NCBI GenBank assembly: GCA_043228905.1
Contig: JBHGNT010000016.1
Coordinates: forward strand, 1,798,001 to 1,862,000
Source of the DNA: Azolla caroliniana
Taxonomy: Eukaryota > Plantae > Polypodiophyta
Reading direction: 5' to 3'
Length of the DNA stretch: 64,000 bases
The notes under the pieces were generated by a model that was not told the DNA's origin, ran no database searches, and saw nothing but the letters and a program-made list of their open reading frames with translations. The position numbers were made by a program, and so were the translations under genes. Positions 33,088-45,253 of the stretch are shown here, in pieces; positions within the stretch are counted from its first letter, which is position 1, and the number at the start of each line of letters is the position of its first letter.

Positions 33088-35881
33088 TTACAGATTTCCA
33101 GTGAGATCAAAGTTATCAGCCAATCTATACAGCACAAGGTTTTCCCAAGAAGAGCCGAATAAGCTTTTGCCTCCAATTGCAAAAGTAAGTGCCCATATCA
33201 AGAGCACTGCAGTATAAATAACAAACCCAATTGCAGAACGTACAACATCTGGAACAGGTAAACAGTCAGAAATAACATAAGAATCCTTTAACTATCCATG
33301 ACCTGAGCAATAAGCTATAAAACTTGCAATATTCAAAGGATAAAATATGATAAAGGAAGAGCTATTATGTTTTAATGATCTCTAGTGGCAGATGACAAGT
33401 AGACAGATTTACTTTGGTTGCATATCTTAACCATCATAAAAGTTTCAACTCCAATCAAAATATTATGATGGGTATATCTGCCAACACACAGTCGTCATAG
33501 GCAAACTTAAACTCTAATAAAGACAACCGCATAAAAAAGATACCAACTGTTAGAATCTTAATTAACATCAAGCAAAAAGAAGAAGGAAAATAAGGAAGAA
33601 AGGGATCCAGTCCACCAAACCACCCCCTAGCGAAGGTGAGACACAGATCCATGTCCACTGGTGGTGTCTCATACCACTGTGTATGGACATGGATCGTACC
33701 TTGGGTTTGAAGGAGGCACACGTGTATGAAGCTAGAGCTTTGCCACACTGTCAGATCCTCTATCTCAAAACAATAATATACTTCATATCAGAGTCATGCC
33801 TAACCATAACAAGCAATAAGTTGTGGTTTGCAAGTATTATACAGGTTTGTCAAATACATAAAGAGCCTTTTCTATAAAAACAAAGATGACAAGCACGTCA
33901 CGCATGATGGAAAATGCTAAATCAAGTTATGCTGAAGGCATATATGTCTACATTTAAGGATACTGAATAGATTGGAAAGAGGAGCCAAGGAATTAAAAAG
34001 GGACTACCTATGTCCAACATAACAGGTAAGGAACGACAGAGAACAAGCAATATACAACTATCAAAATGCTTCTTTTGTCCAACGCTCCCAAACAAGTTTC
34101 TTCAAAGATTTGAGATTCCAGAATACCTGTATCAATTACACACAACTATAGCTTTGATATTCTCTGTTGAATCTTGGTGAATGAATATCTGCTCTAAATA
34201 ATTTCCTAAACGATTTGAGTGTTCAATAGAGATGACAAATTTAATAAAGAATACATAACTGTAGCTTTTCAATGTAGTTATTGCTTGAATAGTCAAATGT
34301 TCTGGAAGATTAGAACTGGCTATCCTATCAGGTCTAACATAATTTATAACTGCTCATCTTAAAACTTCAGTGGGAGTAACAAAGGGAAAACTAGTTTATT
34401 TGGCTTCATCAAAGGTGAAGGTCTGCAATCGATCTACAATAAAGACGATGTGATTATTCTCTGAGTAAAACTGGCTACCCTATCAGGTCTAAGATAATTT
34501 ATAACTGCTCATCTCAAAACATCAGGGAGAGTAACAAATGAAAAAGTTGTTTTAATCTGGCTTCCATCAAAGGTGAAGGCATGCAATCAATCTACAATAA
34601 AGACGATGAGATCAACACTTACTCCACATGAAAGAATGAAAGAAAGATACATTAATGTGTATCAAAGACTATATTTTGATATGAGAGTTACAAAGGAAAA
34701 ACTTGTTTTTAATCTAGCTTCCTAAAATAAATGGTGCAAATATACAGCCTGAGTAATCCTCTGGGCAAAGAGAATTTTTATTAATTCACAAATAGAGCCA
34801 TCTATTCAAAAATTGAACTTAAATCCTTTGGTCATTCTATTTTGAGAAGAGAAGACATTCCAATATGTTACAATTAAACTTCATAGCTTTTCTCAGGAAG
34901 ATCTTTTCATTTATTTAAAGATTGCACATCAATCCTTGATGGCCACTCCAGTTTCTTTAAGAACTTCTGATAAAATATTATACCAATTTCATTTTCTTTT
35001 AGACACAGCATCCATGTAGGACAGTGGCCTGCTATAAATCTAAGATGAAGATGATGTGACTATTCTTCAAATTGCTAATTGGCTAAATCTGGAAAATTTC
35101 TTCCGAAAATCTGAAGAATGCATAGAAGTGGAACAACCTTGCACTGAGCTGGAACAATCCTTCACATAATTGGAAGCATCTTGTATAAAAGAAATGAAGA
35201 ATCTTGTACAAAAACTAACAAGAATCTCGAAAACATGTACAGAAACTGAAGAATCTAATACCGAAATTGATGAACCTACTAAAGATTCTACTACCAAAGA
35301 ATCTTGTACAAAAATACCAAAATTATCTTCAACAAAAACGAAAGAGCCTTCTAGAGAAACTGAAGGATCTAAACATTTGCACTAAAACTGGAGACTATGA
35401 GAACGTTTAACAAAAAACTAAAGAATCTTCTATAAAAATAAGAACCATTTTGCATGGAAAATGAAAAAACGGTTTTGTAAAAACTGACGGATCTAAGAAA
35501 CTTGCACTAAACTGCAGAATCGATGTAAATTATACAGAAAAAATGAATATGAATGATACAGAGACATTATACAAAAAGATCCCGAAAAGCTTAAGAATCT
35601 TGTTGTACACATAAAAAACTGAAGAAAAATGATATGAGAGAGAGAGAGAAAGAAAGACGAGATGAACACTTACATGATCGAAGGAAAGGATCAGGATGAT
35701 AGCTTCGACGGAGGATCGGCCAGAAGTAGAAGCAGTTAACAAACCAAAGCCAAGGAAGAAAGGCGAATCCAGCATAGAAGAAATTACGAGCTTGCCTGCG
35801 CGCCGACTCTGTGTCCTGTGAACCTAGGCCTAACGGACCATCCACAGTCAGCCATCTTATCTCCTCTCTCTCACTCTCCAT
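33088..35881 (-). CDS. PEN2: Gamma-secretase subunit PEN-2 (presenilin enhancer 2), 122 aa
   Basis: W.TVDGPLGL...ARNFFYAGFAFLPWLWFVNCFYFWP...|YVVRSAIGF...WALTFAIGG. Exons 35881-35674 and 33248-33088 with a GT-AG phase-1 intron; 369 nt in total. Confidence 0.93.
34314..34722. repeat. Two full and one partial copy of a ~140-bp unit in the PEN2 intron
   Basis: AACTGGCTA.CCTATCAGGTCTAA...CTACAATAAAGACGATG.GAT at 34314 and 34469; partial copy at 34683-34722. Confidence 0.85.
35100..35620. repeat. Degenerate short-period minisatellite (AAGAATCTT...AAAACT-like units) in the PEN2 intron
   Basis: GAATCTT and AAAACTGA motifs recur roughly every 20-25 bp. Confidence 0.55.
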
Positions 35882-35902
35882 CTCCCGATCAGGAACTGAT
35901 GA

Positions 35903-36277
35903 CAGAGCAAAACGAAAAGGATGATGAATCAGAAGAAGAAGAAGAAGAGGACGAAGAGGGTTAAGGTCAAGGTCAAGGTCAAGGTCGGACAGGTTTCACA
36001 TGAGGGCCTTAGTAAATGTAGTGTTGTTCAATAGAGCAAAGCAAAAAGGAAGAAGAAGAGGGTCAAGGTCAAGGTCAAGCAAAGCTCTCTAATCTTTGGT
36101 TTCACATTAGGGCCTTAGCAAATGTAGTGTTCAATAGAGCAAAACGAAAAGGATGATGAATCAAGGGAAGAAGAAGAAGAAGAAGAGGATGAAGAGGGTC
36201 AAGGTCAAGGTTAGACAATGCTCCCTTATCTGTGGTTTCACATTCTAAGGTCTTAGTAAATGCAGTGTTCAATAGAG
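35903..36277. repeat. Three imperfect ~110-140 bp copies in the PEN2 leader/promoter with (GAA)n and (AAGGTC)n
   Basis: AGAGCAAAACGAAAAGGA...GAAGAGGGTCAAGGTCAAGG...TTTCACAT...CCTTAGTAAATG.AGTGTTCAATAGAG is repeated three times. Confidence 0.85.
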
Positions 36278-37229
36278 TGGATGTGGTGTCCTGCACTCTT
36301 GTTTGACCCTTTGAGTGTCAAGACTGGCCCTTGTTCCTTTGCGGGTATTCAGAGCCTTACCTAGCCAACATTTTAGTCTCACATACAACATACCCACACC
36401 ACCTACTTTGACATGACATTGTTATATCAAGATATTCCTTCATTTTTACGATAGGACCCTATATGTTTTTAGTGTTCCACATTGTGACAGCTTCTACATT
36501 ATCATCCATAATTTAGTTGTGATGTGAGGAAAGACCTATCAATTGTTAGGCTGAGATAACCCACGATGGCAAGTTTCCCATGTTGGTAATAAGCTTAGTT
36601 TCATGATGTGGGAAAGAACCCAAATCCCTCGTGTATACATATATTCATTGCTTGCAACCATTATTTTCCAACACTAGCATGTTTTCTTCTACAACTTGTG
36701 TCATTTATCATGAGTAAAATTCCTAGTGTAATACAAAAGGAACACTAGTTATGTTTCTAAAATGTCTACCAAAGACTGATATGATCTATGGGACATGATG
36801 TATCCCATGGTGATGATGAAGCCAGAGAGAGAGAGAGAGAAAGAAAGATATATTAATGTCGTCTAAGACCAAAATTGGCCCATGAGACAAGTGGTTTACA
36901 ACAAAAAAGGGGTATTTACCCGATCATTGAAAGAAAGAAAAAACGTAAGCTAAAAGAGTTCGAGTATGGTACAAAGCATGTTATGGTGTAACATCTCTCA
37001 AATGGCTTTGTACTAGGCCTAGTTTCATTTCCATCCAAGTCTCTTGAAAAGAAGTGGGAGGTCAAAGGGTTTTGATGTGGGTGTGGTGCATGGTACCCCA
37101 ACCCTAGCTTCGAGGCAGTGTAACTCATGTTCTCTTATCTTCTGAATTGCTTCTACACCATGTCGAGTGTCCACATTCATTGTTTCCCCCTGTCCCTGAA
37201 AAATTTCATTGAGTACATGTTGGTGAATA

Positions 37230-38040
37230 TTAGAAAGGCAATTGTTAACATTTTGTAGATATATTCTCTTGATGTTGTTTTAGCTCTACGATATATCTAC
37301 CCAATTTCTTTGTATTTGGAGTATCTAATCGTTTAGAGAGGGTGGGAGAGGGGCCAAGTATGTCTTGGTATTTTGCCCTTATCTTGGTGTAGGTTCACTT
37401 GCATATAAAGTGACACTCATCCTCTATCTCAATGCGACATAATCTAAATATCCTTTCCTCTCTAAGGACTCCATTAGTACGACCATTCTCAATTTCAAGT
37501 TGGGGAGATGATATTCTAAGTTGTCCAATGGCAACCCGTAGTGCTTTTGGTAAGAAAGTATCTATATATTTTGGTTGTGTAATAATACCTAACTTAGAGA
37601 AGTGCATGAAGTGTTCCTTAATAGTATAGCATTTTAGATGGGAGTGGCTCTAGTGGGTTGATCCATTTATTTCGAGCGTAAATTTGCCATATTTCTTGGT
37701 GTATTACTTTATTATGGTCCCCGTGAGAGATTAAAGTGTTAGCAATCTCATGGTTGTACCTAAGGGGAGGTAGGTTATTAATGTCTAGGCCATTTGCAAT
37801 AAGCCAACTTACCACAATGCTATACCAAGAGCTAATATCTCCAGACTCATATAGCGATCGAGATGCCTCAAAAGCTTGACGAGATATCCTAGCTTGTGCT
37901 TGGCTATGCATCCTATGAATAAAAACTACAATTTAGAAAAGTGCTTCTACTAACATTGGGGGTAAAATGAACTCTGTTCTAATAGTGTCATGTGGTACTG
38001 TTGATTTGCTTCAAAGAGCAATATTACTAGATGTGTCAAC
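37230..38040 (-). mobile_element. LINE (non-LTR) ORF2 3' fragment with C-terminal CCHC region
   Basis: LRVAIGQLRISSPQLEIENGR...REERIFRLCRIEIEDECHFICK fits the typical LINE LRxSSHxLxIExGR...C..C..EDExH..C tail. Interrupted by stops. Confidence 0.75.
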
Positions 38041-38199
38041 AATATCAACCATGGATATCTATGATGCAATAATTTATAGAGCATGATGGTTATCAATGAA
38101 CCTCAAAAGTTGTTGAAATTTGAAGATGCTAAATGATGGTTATGTTTAGATTTATTTGGGAGTGTAAAGAATAGGATATGATTCTGTGCATCAGAAGGG

Positions 38200-38263
<64 letters not shown>

Positions 38264-38759
38264 ACAATGTTATATAGAAAAACAAAGAACTGTATTAACA
38301 AGAACAAGAATGAACCAACAACTACAAAAGAGGAGAAGGTGAGAAGGTGCTTATGTAGTCACCTTCTCTCTATATTCTCTCACTACAACCATCCCTTGAT
38401 AAGGTGGAGACTTAACTACCAACTAAGTATGTGTCATGGAACCTTATGACACACTAGTCACTATACTAGGAGGTGGGGTGTTCACACACTTAGAGTATAC
38501 TAAGGTGTGTTCCCACACTAGGGAAGTTGAGTTTGATTCTCAACAGGGAGAAATTACAAGATATACCATTGTTGCATGGATCTTTGCAAATGGTGCTCCT
38601 TGGTGGATTGGTGGTTAAAGGATGGCACACGCTTGTTACATGTCAATACAAATATATCATATCATCGTGCAATGACGTCATTATCTTTTCTATCACCCAA
38701 AGCAAAAAAAAAGTGGTACGTATGTAAGTCAAATACAAGAAGGTGGCAAATATTACAAC

Positions 38760-39140
38760 GTGGTGGAAATTCCCAATTGCCATTTTATGTAAAGGTATTC
38801 ATATGGAGAGTTAATATTTGGTGGGCTCCCATTAGTTTCAGCCTTAAAGAGATAAGGACAAGGTTCATGTATGTGCTACATTTGCATCATTCCACTTCAG
38901 GACATCGCACATAGGTTCATTAAATGTTCTATAGCACATATAATTTGGAAGTACTCATTAAAGATTTGGCAATCTTTAACCCATTGTTATTTGAGGCCTC
39001 AACAATGGGTATTTGTTCAATATGTTGAAAATGGTCCAAATGACGAGCTAGAGATATTGTTCTAACTTTTATAAGAATGGGGCTTTCACATTTGATGGTA
39101 GACATGGGGTGAGAGCCTGTGTGAAGAAGTTTAAAGGCAT
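38760..39140 (+). mobile_element. L1-type LINE zf-RVT fragment
   Basis: KVFIWRV followed, after a frameshift, by CYICIIPLQDIAHRFIKCSIAHIIW (C..C....E...H....C..A..IW pattern). Confidence 0.6.
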
Positions 39141-39886
39141 TCTCGTGTGGAAATTTTGGATGTTAGAGCATGTGGGGATAATTTCTTATGGGTTTACAAG
39201 ATGTCTCTTTCCCTACAAGTGGGTTTTACATACAAGTTACAACTAATAGAATCGTGTGCTTTTACTAGAGAGAGAGAGAGAGAGAGAGAATTATCGAGAT
39301 ATGTATGGAGTAACAGAGAGGTGAAATTTTTGGGTCTCAAATCCAAGATACTAGGCTTATCGTCTAACAAATTACCACTAAGGTAAGCCAATGAAAAGAA
39401 AAAAATAGAGTGCATGTGAATGTATACATATGTCTATGATAAAGGTCGGCATAGACATGAGGAAGGTCATACTTTAACCATACGGTCCTAATGCCATACA
39501 ATGAAATAAGTTGGATTTGAACATAGGTCTACATTCTAACAAGAAAAATGCACACAAGCAATGTCCATGCACACACACAAGAGAGTGTGTATGAACCCGA
39601 GGATACCGGAAGCAAATGTCTCAGGTTCTAGAGGAGATGGATTAAGCTCGGGAAGGATCTTGTGGATCAATTATGTAGGTGTGGCGAGACACTACACTAC
39701 GCTACACACACAAACACACATGATGATTCATTTGATGGTTTCGGGGTGTGGATCGAGATGAGACGGGTCCAAGAGTGGGGAAAAGAAAAAGGGGTTTCAA
39801 GATTGAAGGCTTTTTTGGTTCTTTTTTTATATGGTATTTTCTCGTGTAGTTCCCCCGGAGCCAGCCAGCGAGAAGGGCTTTCTGGT

Positions 39887-39926
39887 CACGTGAATCTGAC
39901 ACTTTCTTTTGATGCATAGGCACGTG
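39887..39926. promoter_or_regulatory. Two G-boxes (CACGTG) upstream of the DUF3598-like gene
   Basis: CACGTG at 39887-39892 and 39921-39926, about 270-300 bp before the ATG. Confidence 0.4.
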
Positions 39927-40190
39927 GTCCTCCACATATACCTATCTATCTATCTATCTATCTAAGACTATACCTTTGTTGTCTTTCTTTACTCCCCATT
40001 TATCTGGGTAGTGAAGACCATATTCTTTGTCATGGCCAATAATGTGGTAAGGCTTGCTTTCTCTTCTCCTCCTCACATCTGCAAACAGGGCAACCTGCAG
40101 CAACACGCCTCCTCCTCCTCCTCCTCCTCCATGTAACAAACTAATGATTCCATAACTAAACTTTATGTTTTTTTATTATGTTTTCCATTC

Positions 40191-41374
40191 ATGGCTGCTT
40201 TGTACTCAAATCACCCCAGAGTTTCATACTTGTCTCATATGAATTCCAGATCCAGGCTCAGCATCCTTCCATCAAGTAGAAGCAAGAAAGCAAGTTACCA
40301 TTCAAGGACTTTGATGATGGCAGCCGTGGGATCCTCCGAACCTGGTCAAGACTTGAGCGGGCGCGAGGCCCCTATTCTCGTGCCCGACACCGAAGCCACA
40401 GTAGGGTCCAAGCCTAAGTCTGAGCAACTCACTCCCCATGACATGTGGACCTGGAACTCTGAAACCCACTGGAAACATTGGCATGGACTTTGGACCATGT
40501 ACAATCCCCTTGAAGGCCCACACGTTTTGAAGTCTTATAAGTCAGTGAGGTCCTTGTGGCCCGTCGATAAGGACAGGGTTCACCTCTACCATCGCAATCA
40601 ATGGTATGCCTTCACCGGTTATGAGCACCAGGACATGAATTGGGAGTTTGGTCCTTGGGCTATGTATAAGTATAAGCATAGCTTGCCTAATGGTATTCTG
40701 CATCCCAACTCGGCCGATCACCGCATGCTCCAATTTCAAAATGGCGACCTCGGCTGGGTCCAGCTTGCTCTAAAGCCCAATGATCCCAAATGCGTGGTTT
40801 TCAATGAGCTTCATTTCATGGCATGTATGTATGTATGTATGCGTGCATGTGTGTGTGTATGTATGTATGTATGATGATGATGTTATTGTTGTGTTCATCA
40901 GCTCCAAATGCAAGGATGCCGGTGATCATGGGGTACGATTCAAAAGACCAACTATCAGTTGCATTGATGGTCGAAGAAACAATGGATTCAGACAAAATAC
41001 CAGACGATTCGTGGAAAGGAACTCTGTGGAAGCATAACTTTGATCCCATAGATGAAAGGAGAGATGAGCCCAAGGGCATTTTCATTGGAAATGAAATGAA
41101 CCTCACCTCCTCCCTTGTAAGCACCACAAGGGAGGCCCAATGGAAGGGCTACAGAGGGGGCCTAAGTGATGATAATGATGATTATACATTGGTTCATTTG
41201 CCAAATCAAGTCACTTTATGTGCTCCCAAAAAGGCTCTTGTTGGGAGATCTCACTCTTACTACGTGTCTTGGGTGGTGAATGAAACTCAAGTAAGAGTTC
41301 TTTCAGTGAGTTATTTTGCTAATGGAAGCCTTCACTATGTTAAATCTGGTACCTACAACAAAAGTAGCAAATAA
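40191..41374 (+). CDS. DUF3598-like protein with a putative chloroplast transit peptide, 368 aa
   Basis: Ser/Arg-rich N-terminus with no acidic residues in the first ~49 aa, then WHGLWTMY...LKSYKSVRS...HRNQWY...LPNGILHP...RML...ELHF...R..V..GY...L....EE, resembling recalled cyanobacterial DUF3598 proteins. Exons 40191-40824 and 40902-41374 with a 77-nt phase-1 GT-AG intron. Confidence 0.7.
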
Positions 41375-42061
41375 TGTGACCTAACCTATATGTATATTCT
41401 CAAAGTAGGTCACTATCCCATAATTATTCATGACATTGCAGGGTATATATGCATGATACGAATGATGGCACATGTGTTCGTGCATCATATGCTACCATGT
41501 AAAATGTCTACAGATAACGTTCCTTGCTTATGTAGAGTAAAATCTGATATCTTTTTTCTACCTTTGACTCTACTAATCCTCTCAAACCATGCATGTTGAT
41601 TGATCTGGAATGGATGATGTAGGCTATGACATGAAAAACTATCGAATTATGTCTCTATATGCGAAATTTTGAGCCTCTAAAAAAAATTTTATGATTTTTT
41701 TTCAAAATTATTGGTAATAACTTATCTTAGTTGTAAGGAAACAAAACGTTAGTGCAAGATCTTGAGTTCAAGTAAGAAGTTTTACACAACCTTGGTTGAA
41801 ATATGAGAAACTTTGGGCTTGGATTAAGTGGGACATTTTGTAGAGTGCCAATTAGAGAGATAACTCTTGTACATTGTATGGTCCTCTCTATTGTGAATAG
41901 TGGAGAGATTTTGTCCATTGCTTGTTACTCTTTCCTAAATTTCTCTTATAGAGGCTTCAGTGATTACACCAAATGTTGGTTTTGCTAAATTAGAATGAAA
42001 ATTCATTTAATAATAGACTATGATGTACTAGGCACACAAGGAAGTTAACCAAAATACACAT

Positions 42062-42082
42062 GGGGGGGGGGGGGGGGGGGGG
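42062..42082 (+). repeat. G21 homopolymer (G-quadruplex-capable)
   Basis: 21 consecutive G. Confidence 0.9.
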
Positions 42083-43172
42083 CGGATATCGTGCCTCCAA
42101 AGGAAGATGAGTTTGGGTTCCAATTTATGGGAGGACAAATATTTCCCTATGGTAGAGTCAAGTCTTGTATGTTTTGATTCAAAGACAAAAATTGAAGTTG
42201 ATAAATGGGAAAAGACTTGCAAACATGCTTGATAAAGACTAGGAAGATCTCAACCAACTTGTAGTGTTCTAACATCACATCATAAATAACATCTACTTCT
42301 TGAGAGTAAATTGTCAAAGCTTGGAGAAGATGCGGAAGAAGTTGTGCAACACATACAAGAACATAATATCCAACAAGGTCTAGTCCATGCGAAGATTATA
42401 TTCATTGAACAACTGAAGAGGATGAAGACGAGCTTGAACTTGGGGATGCAAGTTGTTGTTGGGATAAGGTAGAGTGACACCCTTGTAGAGAGTGTGGTAA
42501 TCACTCATATGTGTATTGATGGATTGAACTAGCATCACCTTATGTAATTTCCACTCACTCCACATTATTAACTCTTAACACCTCAATAGTTAATTTAACA
42601 CATTTAACTAAATGGCTTACCCTACATCTCAAAACAAATGGACTACTTTATTAGTTGATAAAAACACACACTTACTAACTAAAGAACACCACTCTCAATA
42701 CAAGGTAGAGATCAAATACTTGAGATAGAAAGTAAGGGTTTGAGGTCCTACTTAGGGTGAGAGTCAAAGCATGAGAGAGAAGGGGGTGCACATATGGAAC
42801 CAATTTGCCTTTGTCTAGATTACATATTAACTGGAGTATTTCTCGCCGCATCTGGGATTTTGACTGTCTTGGATAACAAAGTATCCACAATTGGCAACGC
42901 CTCTATTTTTCAACACCCAAGTTAATGAATGAGGAGTGAATATTACAAATACCCAATTTAATGAATGAATAACTAGTAGGCATATGTTATGTATAGTTTT
43001 GGCCATTTCATGTACTATGTACAACGCATTATGGATCCCATGATACTATATTTTTTGTCGTTGCTACCATGAACAAAGAAGGCTTTGCATTTATTTTTGC
43101 TATCGCTTTGATATTTATTTTGGAAAAACTGAGATATTGTGTAGAACACATCTCTAATGCTTGGGAGAGCTG

Positions 43173-43416
43173 CAATAATGGGCTCTTCTACACAAATGTT
43201 GGTGCATAGATTTTGGTTAATTTCCTGGATGTCAATAGTCAAAATTTCATTGAGGGTGTAGCACATGGGAGGAGGATGATTAAGGCTCACAACACAATAA
43301 TGGGCTCTTCTACACAAATGTTGGTGCATAGATTTTGGTTAATTTCATGGATGTCAATAGTCAAAATTTCATTGAGGGTGTACCACATGGGAGGAGGATG
43401 ATTAAGGCTCACAACA
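43173..43416. repeat. Tandem dimer, 122-bp unit
   Basis: CAATAATGGGCTCTTCTACAC...TTAAGGCTCACAACA starts at 43173 and 43295. Confidence 0.95.
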
Positions 43417-45253
43417 CATCATGGTTACCCAAGGACATTTGGAATGGCCCCATGGGCCATGGTTCTTTTTATTAAATAACAATTTCGAAGACTAGACTTG
43501 ATGTTTAATTAGTCACATTCATTGATCCAAAGTTAGAGTTGAGACTCCTAACTTTCTCTCCCATCGCCTATGGAAACTACTATAGTATTAGCCAAAACCT
43601 CTCTTTCTCTTTGAGTAATCAATGCTTAAGCTAGTGTTGACTCAAATAACAAACACATAGGCTTTCTTGCCTAGTTTTAATCTCATTATTCTAAGGTCAA
43701 ACCAAATTTAAGCTTCTTACTAGAAGGTTAGAGGATTTGTGTTTTGTTTTGCAAGTTACGACATTCGAGGTGGTGTGCATGAAGGGAGAAAAGGACGGAA
43801 AAATCAATGTTTTACAAGAGGTCACGATTCTTATTGAAACGGAGAGCATTCTCAAATGTGATCCAAGGTAGTGGAAATTAGTATTAGATGGAAAATAATA
43901 ACATATTGATTAGTGGATATGGTGATACAAAGTGAAAAACTATGACGTTAAGAAAGAGCACAATGAAGGAGTAACGTTAGTTTATTTGAGAAAAGGGTAA
44001 GAGATCTTTCAAAAGTTCATACTGGGAAAAGTTTTATAGCATTCATATAATGCTTTTTGACTCTTTTGCCATGGAACATGGATACTAACATGTTCGTCTA
44101 GAAAATGGATAATACTCAATTGTACTAAAAATAAGGTGATGGATTGGTATGGCTTGTTTGTAGATGGCCACTTAACCACATGATGCATTGACGCATGCAA
44201 TTCAACATACTCAAACATTAGTATGATTAAAAACATTAACAAATATTAGAAATCCCAAGTGTCTAAATTTACATGTTGCACTTTTTGTTCTTTATGTGCC
44301 ACACAACAATTTATGTAAATCATACTTCAGTTTCAAAGATGACTCCCAAAGGAGAAGAATGACAAATCTCCAATTGCAACACAACAAATCTCCAGTTTCA
44401 AAGATGATTCCCAAAGATACTCTCCAAAGGAGAAGAAAGGCAAATCTCCAATAGTAAGGAGACACCAAGCACATATGATTGACATGAAATGCCAAACATC
44501 CACATTTTGTTATATTTTTTTGCAATAATCTTTCTTCAGTTGAAAGAAATTCTTGTTCAGCAATCAAACTATCCTTACTGTAAACTACTTAGCCTTTAAT
44601 TTGAATAAGGTAAGTTTCTGTCATTATCTGTAGAGCACCTGTCAGATTATCCTTCCAACTCATGGCTAGGTTAGGAGCACCGTCCACCACAATGTTTGTT
44701 TTGAGCTTCTAACAGAGTACTGCTAACTTCATATTCTCAAATTAATTTGCACATTAACAAATACATAGGCTTTTCCATTGCTCGCATTATGGTACCCAAA
44801 ATTATGAATTGATTATATTGAACTGTCCAAATTCAATATTCATCCTTCAAAGTGAATTTGACTGTTTTTCTTCCTTTTTAATGTAGCTTTGTTCACCAAT
44901 CCTTTACACATCTTTAACTGAAAGACATCTCACTAACCAAGTCATACGAGGAGCCTCTTCGAACTGGATCTTTCCTGTCATTATATGTATGCTCAAAAAT
45001 AGAATTTGATCATAAGACAAACTACGAACAGTGTAATTTCTGGCATCATCGCAATCCCATGGTTGAGCTAGTCGGTTAGAAAGGCATAATAACATGACAA
45101 AATATATCCATGTAGCTTCTTTCATAGGTTGCTCAATGAAATACAAAGTATGATACATCATCAATCAGATGCTCAGGTAGTGATCATGCTCTAGCTCTTG
45201 TTCATGTTCATGTTATCAGCTATTTGTGCCAGATATTAGATGCCCAAATTTCT

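Noticed and set aside
20417-35881. JASON + MTV1 + PEN2 as an endomembrane functional gene cluster
   Set aside because: There is no evidence of shared regulation or pathway. Adjacency of three membrane-related genes is plausible by chance.
41700-43800. Retroelement remnant between the DUF3598-like gene and HESO1-A
   Set aside because: It looks TE-like, but no LTR pair, PBS or recognisable domain was found.
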